Shown here: piece by piece, positions 27,856 to 36,373 of the stretch
Numbering within the stretch: position 1 is the first letter of the stretch
Layout of the letters: every line of letters starts with the position of its first letter
DNA from: an uncultured delta proteobacterium
GTDB lineage: Bacteria > Myxococcota_A > Polyangia > Haliangiales > Haliangiaceae
DNA: 64,000 nt
Direction: 5' to 3'
Assembly (NCBI GenBank): GCA_963848295.1
Contig: CAWKDB010000010.1
Location: forward strand, 1,376,001-1,440,000
The notes under the pieces: model-generated
Databases searched by the model: none
What the model was told of the DNA's origin: nothing
What the model saw: the letters and a program-made list of their open reading frames with translations, nothing else
Translations under genes and position numbers: made by a program

Positions 27856-29090
27856 CCGACCTCCGCCGGGAGACAGATCGTCGCACGGGTGCCGACGCCT
27901 GGCGTCGATTGGATCGTGAGCCGCCCGCCCCGGCTCTCGCAAAACGAGCGCGCGAGGAACACGCCGAGCCCCAAGCCCCGCCCGTCTCCCTTCGTCGTGA
28001 AGAACGGCGTCCCGATACGGGCCAGCACGTCGTCATCGATCCCGTCGCCGCGGTCCCGGACCTCGATCTCGATGCCGGCCTCACCGCCCAGCGTCACGAG
28101 CACGCGACCATCGCTGGCGTCGAGCGCGTTACCGACGAGCGCTGCGACCGCGTGCACGAGCTCGTCGCGCGGGATCGTGACCACGACCTCCGCGGAGGCG
28201 ACCTCGAAGTCGACGCGGTGCCCGCGGTCCTCGCCAAAGAGATCGCGGAGCCGCTCGGCGAGCTCGCCGAGGGTCAGCACCTCGTCAGACTCCGCCGAGT
28301 TGCTCGCGGCCATGCGCCCGAGGATGCTCTGGCACCGGCCGACCTCGAGTGCGATCAGCTCGAGATCGGCGACGATCGCCGACGCGCGCGCGCCGTCGGC
28401 GAAGTGGAGCTTCGCTTCGTGCGCCGCCACCGCGATCGTCGCGAGCGGGCTACCGAGCTCGTGCGCGGCCCCCGCGGCGAGCCGGGTCACCGCGGAGATC
28501 CGCTCCCTGCGTTCGCCGGCCTCGCGCAGCTGGGCGATCTGGTCGCGTTGCGACGAGATCGCGCCGGTGACCCGCGCCACGAAGAACGCGATCAGGATCG
28601 CCGCCAGGGCGAACGCGGCCCACATCGCCTGGAGGTGCATCCCGAAGCTGGAGCCACCGTGATGCATCATCGAGTGATCGGTCGACCCGACGAATAGCAG
28701 ACCAAACCCGGCGAGCGACAACGCCGCGATCGCTATGGTCCAGCGGGCACGCAGGACGATCGCGGAGAGCGTGATGTGCACGAGGTAGAGCACGGTGAAA
28801 GGATTCGCGGCGCCGCCGGATCCCATGAGCAACAGTGTGATCAGCGCTGTATCGAGTGCCATCGAGGCGCCGATCACCTCCGACCGCAGCCAGCGCCGCT
28901 TGGTGCGCGCGAACGACAGGGCCACGTTCGAGGCCGCCATGATCGCGATCTCGAGCCCGAGCGCGAACCAGTCGAGCGCGACGCCAAACCCATACGCGAT
29001 CGGTAGTGCGATCAGCTGGCCGGCGAGGAATGCCCAGCGCAATCTCACGAGCCACGGCAAGGTCACCGCGGGCTCGAGGTCGAACGTCAT
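27852..29090 (-). CDS. regB: RegB/PrrB family sensor histidine kinase
   Basis: WLVRLRW, SGGAANPF, AAGAAHELGSPL, NALDA, PFFTTK, GLGLG. Confidence 0.92.
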   Translation of the reverse strand: MTFDLEPAVTLPWLVRLRWAFLAGQLIALPIAYGFGVALDWFALGLEIAIMAASNVALSFARTKRRWLRSEVIGASMALDTALITLLLMGSGGAANPFTVLYLVHITLSAIVLRARWTIAIAALSLAGFGLLFVGSTDHSMMHHGGSSFGMHLQAMWAAFALAAILIAFFVARVTGAISSQRDQIAQLREAGERRERISAVTRLAAGAAHELGSPLATIAVAAHEAKLHFADGARASAIVADLELIALEVGRCQSILGRMAASNSAESDEVLTLGELAERLRDLFGEDRGHRVDFEVASAEVVVTIPRDELVHAVAALVGNALDASDGRVLVTLGGEAGIEIEVRDRGDGIDDDVLARIGTPFFTTKGDGRGLGLGVFLARSFCESRGGRLTIQSTPGVGTRATICLPAEVG

Positions 29091-29137
29091 CGTCCTATCT
29101 TAGCGGCTTCGCTCGGCGCCCCCAGCACGTTGGACAC

Positions 29138-29154
29138 TGCGGCAATTTTGCGCG
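29138..29154. promoter_or_regulatory. Putative RegA box upstream of regB
   Basis: TGCGGCAATTTTGCGCG, about 35 nt upstream of the -10-like TAAGAT (29097-29102). Confidence 0.6.
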
Positions 29155-29173
29155 GTCCCAGAATTCGTCCAGC

Positions 29174-29656
29174 TCAGTCCGGCAGACAGAACTTGTAGAC
29201 GGCCGCGTCGTTGCCGGCGTCCGACTGCACGCTGATCGTCGTCTCCCAGTACCCCGGCATCCATAGATTGACCGGCGTCAGCTCGTAGTCGCCGTTACCG
29301 TCATCGGTGACCTGGACGACAATCGGGGAACCGTGGCCGTGATCGGGCATGTATGGAGTCGCTTCGACCGTCGCGCCCGCGACGGTCGAGCCGACGATGC
29401 CCTGCGCCATTGCCGAGACCTCGATCTGCCACGTGTTGTCGCCACGGGCCGGCGGCGCTGGATCGGCGGTCATCAGCTTGAAGTCCAGCATGCCCGCCCG
29501 CCCCTTGATCTCGAGCCCCGGCGTATACGGGGTCCAGCGGTTATCGGCGGCGCAATCGTAGGTCGCCCCGATCGAATCCGGGACCGCCATGCCCCCGTCG
29601 TGACAGCCCAAAGCCGCGGCCGGGAGAACTGCGAGCAAGAGGTGGATTGGGCGCAT
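29174..29656 (-). CDS. FixH/YtkA-like lipoprotein
   Basis: Lipobox ALGC; PPARGDNTW...PYMPDHGHGSP...VNLWMPGYWE...FC. Confidence 0.87.
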   Translation of the reverse strand: MRPIHLLLAVLPAAALGCHDGGMAVPDSIGATYDCAADNRWTPYTPGLEIKGRAGMLDFKLMTADPAPPARGDNTWQIEVSAMAQGIVGSTVAGATVEATPYMPDHGHGSPIVVQVTDDGNGDYELTPVNLWMPGYWETTISVQSDAGNDAAVYKFCLPD

Positions 29657-29783
29657 AAAGGTCCCTACGTCGGAGCTGACTCGAAGTTACCAGAGTACGA
29701 GCGGCGGATGACTTTAGTTTGCTCACCCCGGCTGACAGCCCGATGCAGCCGAACGTCTTGTATTCCGGCCAGGTCGAGCCACG

Positions 29784-29800
29784 CGCGGCATTTAGCCTCA
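29784..29800. promoter_or_regulatory. Putative RegA box upstream of the third FixH-like gene
   Basis: CGCGGCATTTAGCCTCA (GCGGC-N5-GCCTC). Confidence 0.4.
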
Positions 29801-29810
29801 CGCCGTGGCG

Positions 29811-31235
29811 TCAATCGGGGTTGCACGGCGTGTCGAGCGCGGATCCCGTCCCCATCGTCGCGCGGGTCCATGTGCGCTCGGTACCCTCGATATCGAGTGG
29901 CTGATCCATCGCAACAAACGACGGATCGAGGTCACCCGACGAGACGAGATCGTTCAGCACGCCATAGCTGTACGGGAGGATGCGCATCTTCGTCGTGATG
30001 TGGTCGACCATCGAAAAGTTCGCGATGTTGAACGTCGCGGTCGTCGAGTGATCTCCCATCAACGTGATCGCCACCTTGAGCGTCGGCGGAACCATCGCGG
30101 GCAGCTGAGTGTTCTCCGCGGCGACATCCCAGAAGAAGTGCGCCGGCGTCCCGTCGGATTTGTAGGTCCGATCCCAGAACCGATCACCGCCACTCGCGAG
30201 TTGTGGATCGGGATCGTCGGGGTCTTGCCCGGCCGGCACCGACGTGTCGAGCATGAGGTTGTTCGAGGCATCGAACGCTTGGACCTCGAGCCAAGCGCGA
30301 CGATCTTGTGCCGCGCCGGTCGGCCACGAGTGCCCGGGCCCGATCGAGACCATGCGCACGGTCAGCGTGCCGTCCGGGTTGAGGCAGATGCCGCCGGGAA
30401 TCGGCGGTCCGGTGATCGGTGTGGGCGAGATGATCGTGACCGCCGGGGCCAGGTCTCGCGCGATGTCCATCGCCATCACGTCGGTGTTCGGGAACGGCGT
30501 CAGCGCTTGATCGATGCCCGGCCAGACGTGCTCGTGGAATCCGTTCGTGCGCAGCGGCACATCCAGGCCAGGCTTGTCGGCGATCACATTCGTGCTCGAG
30601 ATCATGTGGCAGCCGGTGCACGTCAGCGGCAGGTGGTGCATGGGATCGTTGTTCGCGAACAGCGAGGCCTGCCACTCGGTATACGTCCGCTCGATCGGTA
30701 CGTTGTTCGGTGCGGGGGTGATGACGTCGTGACACGAGCCGCACATCGTCGAGTTGTTGGTCGCGGTCGCCATCATCGGATCGTTCAGCGAGTCGTGCGC
30801 TGGCGTGTGGACCGGGTTCGCAGCGCCGCCGCGCATGGTCTGGTCCAGCGCGAGCACGAGGCCGTTGTTGTGATCGGCCTGGATGGACTCGACGTCGTGG
30901 CAGAAGTAGCAGGTGATGCCGCGTGCTGCCGGCGGCAACGTCGTCGGATCGAAGTCGGTGCCGTCGGTCAGGCCGAGCGCGACCGCCATCGGCGCGTGAC
31001 ACTGCACGCAAAACGTGCCGAGCTGCGCTTCGCGTTGCCCGCGCTTGTTCATCGCGAGGAACACCGGATCGTCCGACGCGTACGCGTGCATCGATCCCGA
31101 CCACTGATCGTAGTGCGTCGGGTGGCAGGTCATACACGTGCCCGGGTCCTCGAGTTGTTCGATCGTGTCGAGCGGCGGATCGCTGCAAGCGGTCATCACG
31201 GAGACCACAGCAACGAACAAGACGGTGACCTTCAT
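29811..31235 (-). CDS. Pentaheme c-type cytochrome lipoprotein (c554-like N-terminal region)
   Basis: Lipobox MTAC; CMTCH, CVQCH, CYFCH, CGSCH, CTGCH; W.GSMHAYA; GH.WPTG...R. Confidence 0.92.
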   Translation of the reverse strand: MKVTVLFVAVVSVMTACSDPPLDTIEQLEDPGTCMTCHPTHYDQWSGSMHAYASDDPVFLAMNKRGQREAQLGTFCVQCHAPMAVALGLTDGTDFDPTTLPPAARGITCYFCHDVESIQADHNNGLVLALDQTMRGGAANPVHTPAHDSLNDPMMATATNNSTMCGSCHDVITPAPNNVPIERTYTEWQASLFANNDPMHHLPLTCTGCHMISSTNVIADKPGLDVPLRTNGFHEHVWPGIDQALTPFPNTDVMAMDIARDLAPAVTIISPTPITGPPIPGGICLNPDGTLTVRMVSIGPGHSWPTGAAQDRRAWLEVQAFDASNNLMLDTSVPAGQDPDDPDPQLASGGDRFWDRTYKSDGTPAHFFWDVAAENTQLPAMVPPTLKVAITLMGDHSTTATFNIANFSMVDHITTKMRILPYSYGVLNDLVSSGDLDPSFVAMDQPLDIEGTERTWTRATMGTGSALDTPCNPD

Positions 31236-31672
31236 CGTGCGCTCCCACTGCCGGGCCCTGGAGCGCCAGCTTCGACCCATTGAATCAACGAGCAGCGCTC
31301 GGCCGCATCGAGTGCGTCGCCGATCGGCATCTGATAGTCGGCGCCGGGGGAGTCGGTGCGCACGATCATCAGGCTACATGAGGCGTCGCCTGGAACGACG
31401 CGTTTTCTCGACGGATCGATCGTCGAGTTATCGAGCAGACCGGCGTACGCGGTGGCCTCGTCGCCGAACGATAGACCCGCCTGATGACCCGCCGAGGAGT
31501 GGCATGACACCGCCTGAGAACCGCACGAATTCGTGAGGGTGAAGCTGTAGACGTTATCGAAGGTGGGCGAGTAGGCCGGTTTACAGGTCGTGTCCACTGT
31601 GATGCACGCGGGTGGCGACGACTTGACACAGCCGGCTGCAACCGCAAATACAGCGAGAGCCACTCCGCGCAT
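31232..31672 (-). CDS. Lipoprotein with atypical c-type heme motif
   Basis: AAGC lipobox; PTFDNVY...CGSQAVSCH...GL...RVVPGDA..S....MP.....I.W...GA; ATGA-coupled to the multiheme gene. Confidence 0.78.
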   Translation of the reverse strand: MRGVALAVFAVAAGCVKSSPPACITVDTTCKPAYSPTFDNVYSFTLTNSCGSQAVSCHSSAGHQAGLSFGDEATAYAGLLDNSTIDPSRKRVVPGDASCSLMIVRTDSPGADYQMPIGDALDAAERCSLIQWVEAGAPGPGSGSAR

Positions 31673-31775
31673 CCTGAAGTACTGTACCCGAGCGAACCCA
31701 CCACCGACGTGACGAAGCACGCTGCTGGGATGACACCTGCTCGCGGGTGCGACCTCGAGGACTCGGCCGCCGATT

Positions 31776-33224
31776 TCAGCAAACCAGATCCTGATATCGC
31801 TCGTACGCTCGAGCGAGCGAGCCGCGTTCGGCGGCCGGGGCAAACGTCCTCACCGGCGGCGGAGCGAGCGCCGCCGCGGCCTGGAGATCCGCGAGGTGTC
31901 CGATCGCGACCGCGGCGATCATCGCGGCTCCGATCGCGGTCGCATCGGGCCGCGCCGTCCGGCGATGCGGGCGGCCGAGAATGTCGGCGCGGAGCTGCAG
32001 CCAGGTCGCGCTCGCCGCGCCACCGCCGAGCACGACGATCTCCGAGGCTGGCAGCCCGAGCGCGGCGAGCCGGTCGACCACGTCGCGACACGCGAACGCG
32101 AGGCCCTCGAGCACCGCGCGTGCGACGTGCGCGGGCCCGTGGCGTGCGGCGAGGCCGTGCAGTGCGGCGCGCTGCGCAGGTCGCCAGGTCGGCGTCATCG
32201 CGCCGGCGAGCGCGGGCACGAACGTCACGCCGTCGGAGGTCGTGCCCGCGGCGAGCCGATCGAGCGCCGCGTCGTCTGCGACGCCGAGCAACCGCGTCGC
32301 CCAGCGGATCGCGCCACCTGACAGCCAGCCCGGGTGCTCGATGAAGTACGCGCCGGTCGGGAACGCGTGGGACTCGACCATCGGCTCGGCGAGCGCGCTC
32401 CAGCGCGTCGGCGCATGCGTGCGCGCCTCGGGGCGATCGAAGATCGGCGCGGTCGCAACCGCACCGACGACCTCGGCCGTGCCGAGCGTGCAGACGACCG
32501 GGCCAGGCGCCGCGATCCCGGCGCCGAGCGGCGTCGCGAAGTCATCTCCGGTGCCGACCGCGACCGGTGTACCGACCGGCAAGCCGGCGAGCGCTGCGCC
32601 GCGCGCGTGCAGGACGCCGGCGATCGCGCACGTCGGGGCCAGCGCCGGCAGCTCGCGCACGGGATCGATCGCGAAGACCTCGCACAGCTCGCGCGACCAC
32701 GCACCCGCGGCGAGATCGTAGAGCATCGTCGTCGACGCGTGCGCCGGATCGAGCACGGCGTTGCCGGTGAGCCGCTCGACGAGGTAGCTCACCGGCACGT
32801 GATAGCGAGCCGCGGCGACTCGCGCGCGCAGCCACGCGAGCTTCGGTGCGAGGTGGCTCGGATCGGCGACCTGACCGGTGATCGCGTGCACGCGAGCTGG
32901 ATCGGCGACCGCGGCTTCGGCGAGCGCGCGCCGGTCGTGCCAGATCACCGCGCGATGCAGCGCTGCGCCGGCCGGATCGACCGCGACGCAACCATCGAGC
33001 TGGCCGGCGATCGCGAGTGCGGCGACATCGGCGGGTCGCACGCCCGCGGCGGCGATCGCACCGGCGATCGCGGCACCGAGCGCGCGTTCCCAGTCCACGG
33101 GATCTTGCTCGCCGTCGCCGAGCGGGTGCGCGACCCGATGCGCGCCGCACACGGCGAGATCATCGCCGCACACGACCGCCTTGCAGCTCTGGGTTCCGAG
33201 GTCGACCCCGACGACGAGCGCCAT
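31776..33224 (-). CDS. FGGY family carbohydrate kinase (xylulokinase-like)
   Basis: GVDLGTQSCKA, IWHDRRA, ASTTMLYD, GTGDD, LGTAE, RAVLEGLAF, GGGAAS..W.Q..AD. Confidence 0.92.
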   Translation of the reverse strand: MALVVGVDLGTQSCKAVVCGDDLAVCGAHRVAHPLGDGEQDPVDWERALGAAIAGAIAAAGVRPADVAALAIAGQLDGCVAVDPAGAALHRAVIWHDRRALAEAAVADPARVHAITGQVADPSHLAPKLAWLRARVAAARYHVPVSYLVERLTGNAVLDPAHASTTMLYDLAAGAWSRELCEVFAIDPVRELPALAPTCAIAGVLHARGAALAGLPVGTPVAVGTGDDFATPLGAGIAAPGPVVCTLGTAEVVGAVATAPIFDRPEARTHAPTRWSALAEPMVESHAFPTGAYFIEHPGWLSGGAIRWATRLLGVADDAALDRLAAGTTSDGVTFVPALAGAMTPTWRPAQRAALHGLAARHGPAHVARAVLEGLAFACRDVVDRLAALGLPASEIVVLGGGAASATWLQLRADILGRPHRRTARPDATAIGAAMIAAVAIGHLADLQAAAALAPPPVRTFAPAAERGSLARAYERYQDLVC

Positions 33225-33247
33225 CGCGCTGAATGCTACAGTGAATC

Positions 33248-33874
33248 GTGAATTACTTCGGCCATGCCGCGGTCGCGAGTTGGCGCCGCGAGCCGCCCGG
33301 GTTCGTGCTCGGCGCGATGTTGCCCGACTTCTCGTCGATGTGTGGCGCGCGGCTCGCCCCGGGTGGCGACGCGGCGATCGAGGCGGGCATCGCGCTCCAT
33401 CACGCCACCGATGCGGCGTTCCACGCGCTCGCCCCGGTCACCGCGTCGATGCGCGAGCTCGACGGCCGGCTCGAGCACGGCGGGTGCGCGAAGGGACCGC
33501 GCCGCGCGGTCGCCCACATCGGCGTCGAGCTCCTGATCGATGGCGTGCTCGTCGCCGACGAAGCTTATCGCGCGGCGTACTCCGCCGCGCTCGACGTCGA
33601 CCCGGCGGGCATCGCCTGGCGCAATCCCGGCGACCGCGATCGGTTCGCGCAGTTGTTCGCGCGCTTGCGCGGCCACGGACCGCCCGACGACCTGCGCCGC
33701 GTCGACTCGATCGTGATGCGGCTGTCGCGCGTGCTCGCCCATCGGCCGCTGCTCGCTCCGAACGCGGCGGACCTGCGCGCGATCCACGCCGCGCTCGTCG
33801 ACCACCAGCCGCGCGTCACCGTTGCTGCCGAGACCGTGATGCGCGGGATGCGCGCTGCACTCAGTGCGCGATAG
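33248..33874 (+). CDS. ACP phosphodiesterase (AcpH)-like protein
   Basis: MNYFGHA...LG..LPD...GI.LHH.TD..FH...HI.VE...D. Confidence 0.75.
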   Translation: MNYFGHAAVASWRREPPGFVLGAMLPDFSSMCGARLAPGGDAAIEAGIALHHATDAAFHALAPVTASMRELDGRLEHGGCAKGPRRAVAHIGVELLIDGVLVADEAYRAAYSAALDVDPAGIAWRNPGDRDRFAQLFARLRGHGPPDDLRRVDSIVMRLSRVLAHRPLLAPNAADLRAIHAALVDHQPRVTVAAETVMRGMRAALSAR

Positions 33875-34784
33875 CGATCCGCCACGCGTGATGGATCTTC
33901 GCGTCGCGAAAATCGGGCGGAATCGTCGCGCGCGTCTCGTCGCTGACCGCGACGCCGGGTCGCTCCCACTCGAGCTTGAACCGGCGGCGATTCGTCGAGA
34001 ACCAGATGACGCGGGTCGTGACCGCCGCGACATCGTCGAGTAGCGCCGCGTGGTCGCGCTGGAGGTCGAACGTGTAGTCCATCCGCTTCGAGTTCGAGAA
34101 CGTCGGCGGATCGACGACCGCAACATCCCAGCGCCGGCCGGCCGTGCGCGCTTCGCCGAGAAACTCGCGGACGTCGGCGTGGACGAGCTCGCCATCGAGC
34201 CGGTTGAGCTCGAGGTTGTCGCGCGCCCGAGCGAGGTACGTGTTCGACAGATCGACGCTCGTCGTGGTCATCCCCGCCGCCGCGGCGTAGACCGTGAATG
34301 CGCCGGTGTAGCAGAACAGATTGAGCAGCGACGTCGCCGGCTCGGCCGCGACGCGCGCGCGCGTCATGCGGTGATCGAGGAACAGGCCGGTATCGACGTA
34401 GTCGTCGAGGTTGACGGCAAAGCGATGGCCGCCCTCGTGCACGATGCGAGTCTCGCCGCGGTCGGCGAGCCGTTCGTACTGCTGGCCCTCGCTGCGGTGG
34501 GCGAGGCGCTCGCGGCGCTTGACGAACACCTCGGTCGCACCGAGCGCGGCCTTCGCGGCCGCGACGACCGCGTCGAGCCAGGCATCGTCGTCGCGCTCGA
34601 TCCGGAAGTCGTTGATCACGAGCGCGCCTTCGTAGGTGTCGATCGTGATCGGCACCTCGGGGATGTCGCGATCGTAGACGCGCCAACACGTGACGTTCTC
34701 GCGCTTCGCCCACTTGCCGAGGTGGCGCGCGTTCTTGCGCACGCGATTGCCGAGCATCTCGCCGATTGCAGTTGGCTCGCTCAC
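33861..34784 (-). CDS. rlmK: Stand-alone RlmK-like 23S rRNA methyltransferase (C-terminal half of RlmKL)
   Basis: NRVRKN...KWA......RVYD.DIPE, VNL.DY.DTGLFLDHR, LNLFCYTG, DPPTFSNSKRM, FSTN. Confidence 0.88.
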   Translation of the reverse strand: MSEPTAIGEMLGNRVRKNARHLGKWAKRENVTCWRVYDRDIPEVPITIDTYEGALVINDFRIERDDDAWLDAVVAAAKAALGATEVFVKRRERLAHRSEGQQYERLADRGETRIVHEGGHRFAVNLDDYVDTGLFLDHRMTRARVAAEPATSLLNLFCYTGAFTVYAAAAGMTTTSVDLSNTYLARARDNLELNRLDGELVHADVREFLGEARTAGRRWDVAVVDPPTFSNSKRMDYTFDLQRDHAALLDDVAAVTTRVIWFSTNRRRFKLEWERPGVAVSDETRATIPPDFRDAKIHHAWRIAIAH

Positions 34785-36373
34785 ACGCCGGTGACGCCGC
34801 GCTGGGTCTTGATCTTGTACTCGAGCGTGACCGCGCGCCGGCCGTGCGGCGGGAGCTCGACCGACCACGTGATGAGGCCCCGCTCGTCGATCGAGCGGGC
34901 GGTGACTTGGGTGATCTCGTCGCCGCCGCCCTGCTCGTCGCTGTCGCCGAGCAGATAGGCATCGGCCGCCCCGAGCTGGACGTCGACCTGTTCGACCTCG
35001 GAGACCGGGATGCGCTCGGTGACGACGATCTCGCGCCGCTGCGCGCTGAGGTTCGACAGCCGCACCGCGACGCGCACGGTCTGGACGTTCCACCCGCCGA
35101 GCAAGCCGGCTTCGTCGCGTTCGCGCGTCTCGCTGCGATGGATGCGGACCTCGGACTCCGTGCCGAACCCGATGTAGGCTTTCTCGCCCGGCGCGACGAA
35201 CCCGATCTCGCCGCGGCCGACGTACCCCGATGCCATGATCAGATCGATCGGCCCCGCGAGCAACGGAGCCGAACCGGTGTTCACGACCCGGGCGCGCACG
35301 TGGACCCACGGCGACGCGAGCGGCATCGCGACGAGCGAGATCTGCGCCGGCGCGGTGAGCTTGCCGACCGAGATGCGATGCGGAGCGCCGTCTGCGACGA
35401 TCGTGACGCGACCCGCCGCGCGCAGCACGAGCCCGGTCCCGCCGTCGTCGATGCCAGGCACTTGTGGATCGCCGCCGCCGAGCCCGGTGGTCTGGACCTC
35501 CTGATCGCGAACCTCGACGACGACCGACTCGGTGCGCTTGCGCGTGTGCAGCTCGTCATCGCCGAGCACCGGCGGTTCGACGCCGAGCGACGGCCGCTCG
35601 AGCGAGCACGCGAGCTCGACGTCGCGCCAGTCCTCGCCGGTCGCCTGCCACACGCACGCCGTCGTCTCCCACTCCAGCTTCGCGGGCTCGCGCACGAGCG
35701 TCGCCCGGTGGTACGGCCGCCAGGCGGCGCCCGGCACGACGTAGCTCGCGACGATCGCCACGTCGCCGGGTATCTCCGCGACGAGATCGATCTCGATCCG
35801 GGCGGCTTCGCTGCCGAGGTGATCCTCGGCGCGGCCGATCTGCTCGGCGAGCCGCTCGACCGCAGCCGTCACCCTGCGCGCATCGAGCTCGGCGTCGACG
35901 AGTCGGACCCGCGCCGCGGCCTCGCGCGCGTCGAGCTCGGCGAGCGGGCCGGCGGCTTCGGCGATCGATCCGCGCGTCGCGGCGACCGAAAGATCGCGTA
36001 ACGCGGCGGCGTCGAGCTCGCCGAGCGCGCGGATCTCGTTGCGCGCGGCGACCGTGCGAGCGATCGCATCGTCGCGTTCGGCTTCGAGCCGGCTGCGCTC
36101 CGCGTGCAGCGCGGCGAGCGGTTGCATCTCGGTCGCAGCGCCCGCTGGATCGCGCCATGGTGCGAGAAACCGAGCACAGCGCACGTCGAGCACGCGCGCA
36201 CCCGTCGCGCTCGCGAACAGCGTCTTGTCGGCGAGGATCGGCGAGACGCCCTCGATCGAGATCCGCTGTTGCCCCGCGCGCACCGCGACGATGCCTCGCC
36301 GCGTGACCGATGCGCGATCTTCGAGCACCGTGACCGCGTCGATCGGCAACACCGCGACGATCTCGGCGCTCAC
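34781..36373 (-). CDS. DUF4140/DUF4139 (MuiA-like) protein
   Basis: IDAVTVLEDRA.V.R, SYVVPGAAWRP.H, WQATGEDW, LLAGP, VTERIPVSE. Confidence 0.9.
   Translation of the reverse strand: MSAEIVAVLPIDAVTVLEDRASVTRRGIVAVRAGQQRISIEGVSPILADKTLFASATGARVLDVRCARFLAPWRDPAGAATEMQPLAALHAERSRLEAERDDAIARTVAARNEIRALGELDAAALRDLSVAATRGSIAEAAGPLAELDAREAAARVRLVDAELDARRVTAAVERLAEQIGRAEDHLGSEAARIEIDLVAEIPGDVAIVASYVVPGAAWRPYHRATLVREPAKLEWETTACVWQATGEDWRDVELACSLERPSLGVEPPVLGDDELHTRKRTESVVVEVRDQEVQTTGLGGGDPQVPGIDDGGTGLVLRAAGRVTIVADGAPHRISVGKLTAPAQISLVAMPLASPWVHVRARVVNTGSAPLLAGPIDLIMASGYVGRGEIGFVAPGEKAYIGFGTESEVRIHRSETRERDEAGLLGGWNVQTVRVAVRLSNLSAQRREIVVTERIPVSEVEQVDVQLGAADAYLLGDSDEQGGGDEITQVTARSIDERGLITWSVELPPHGRRAVTLEYKIKTQRGVTGV

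Noticed and set aside
32385..32432. Apparent insertion in the FGGY kinase (PEARTHAPTRWSALA) as another copy of the palindromic element
   Set aside because: No sequence similarity to the GCACCGCC-GAAT-GGCGGTGC core; insertion status cannot be verified without an alignment.
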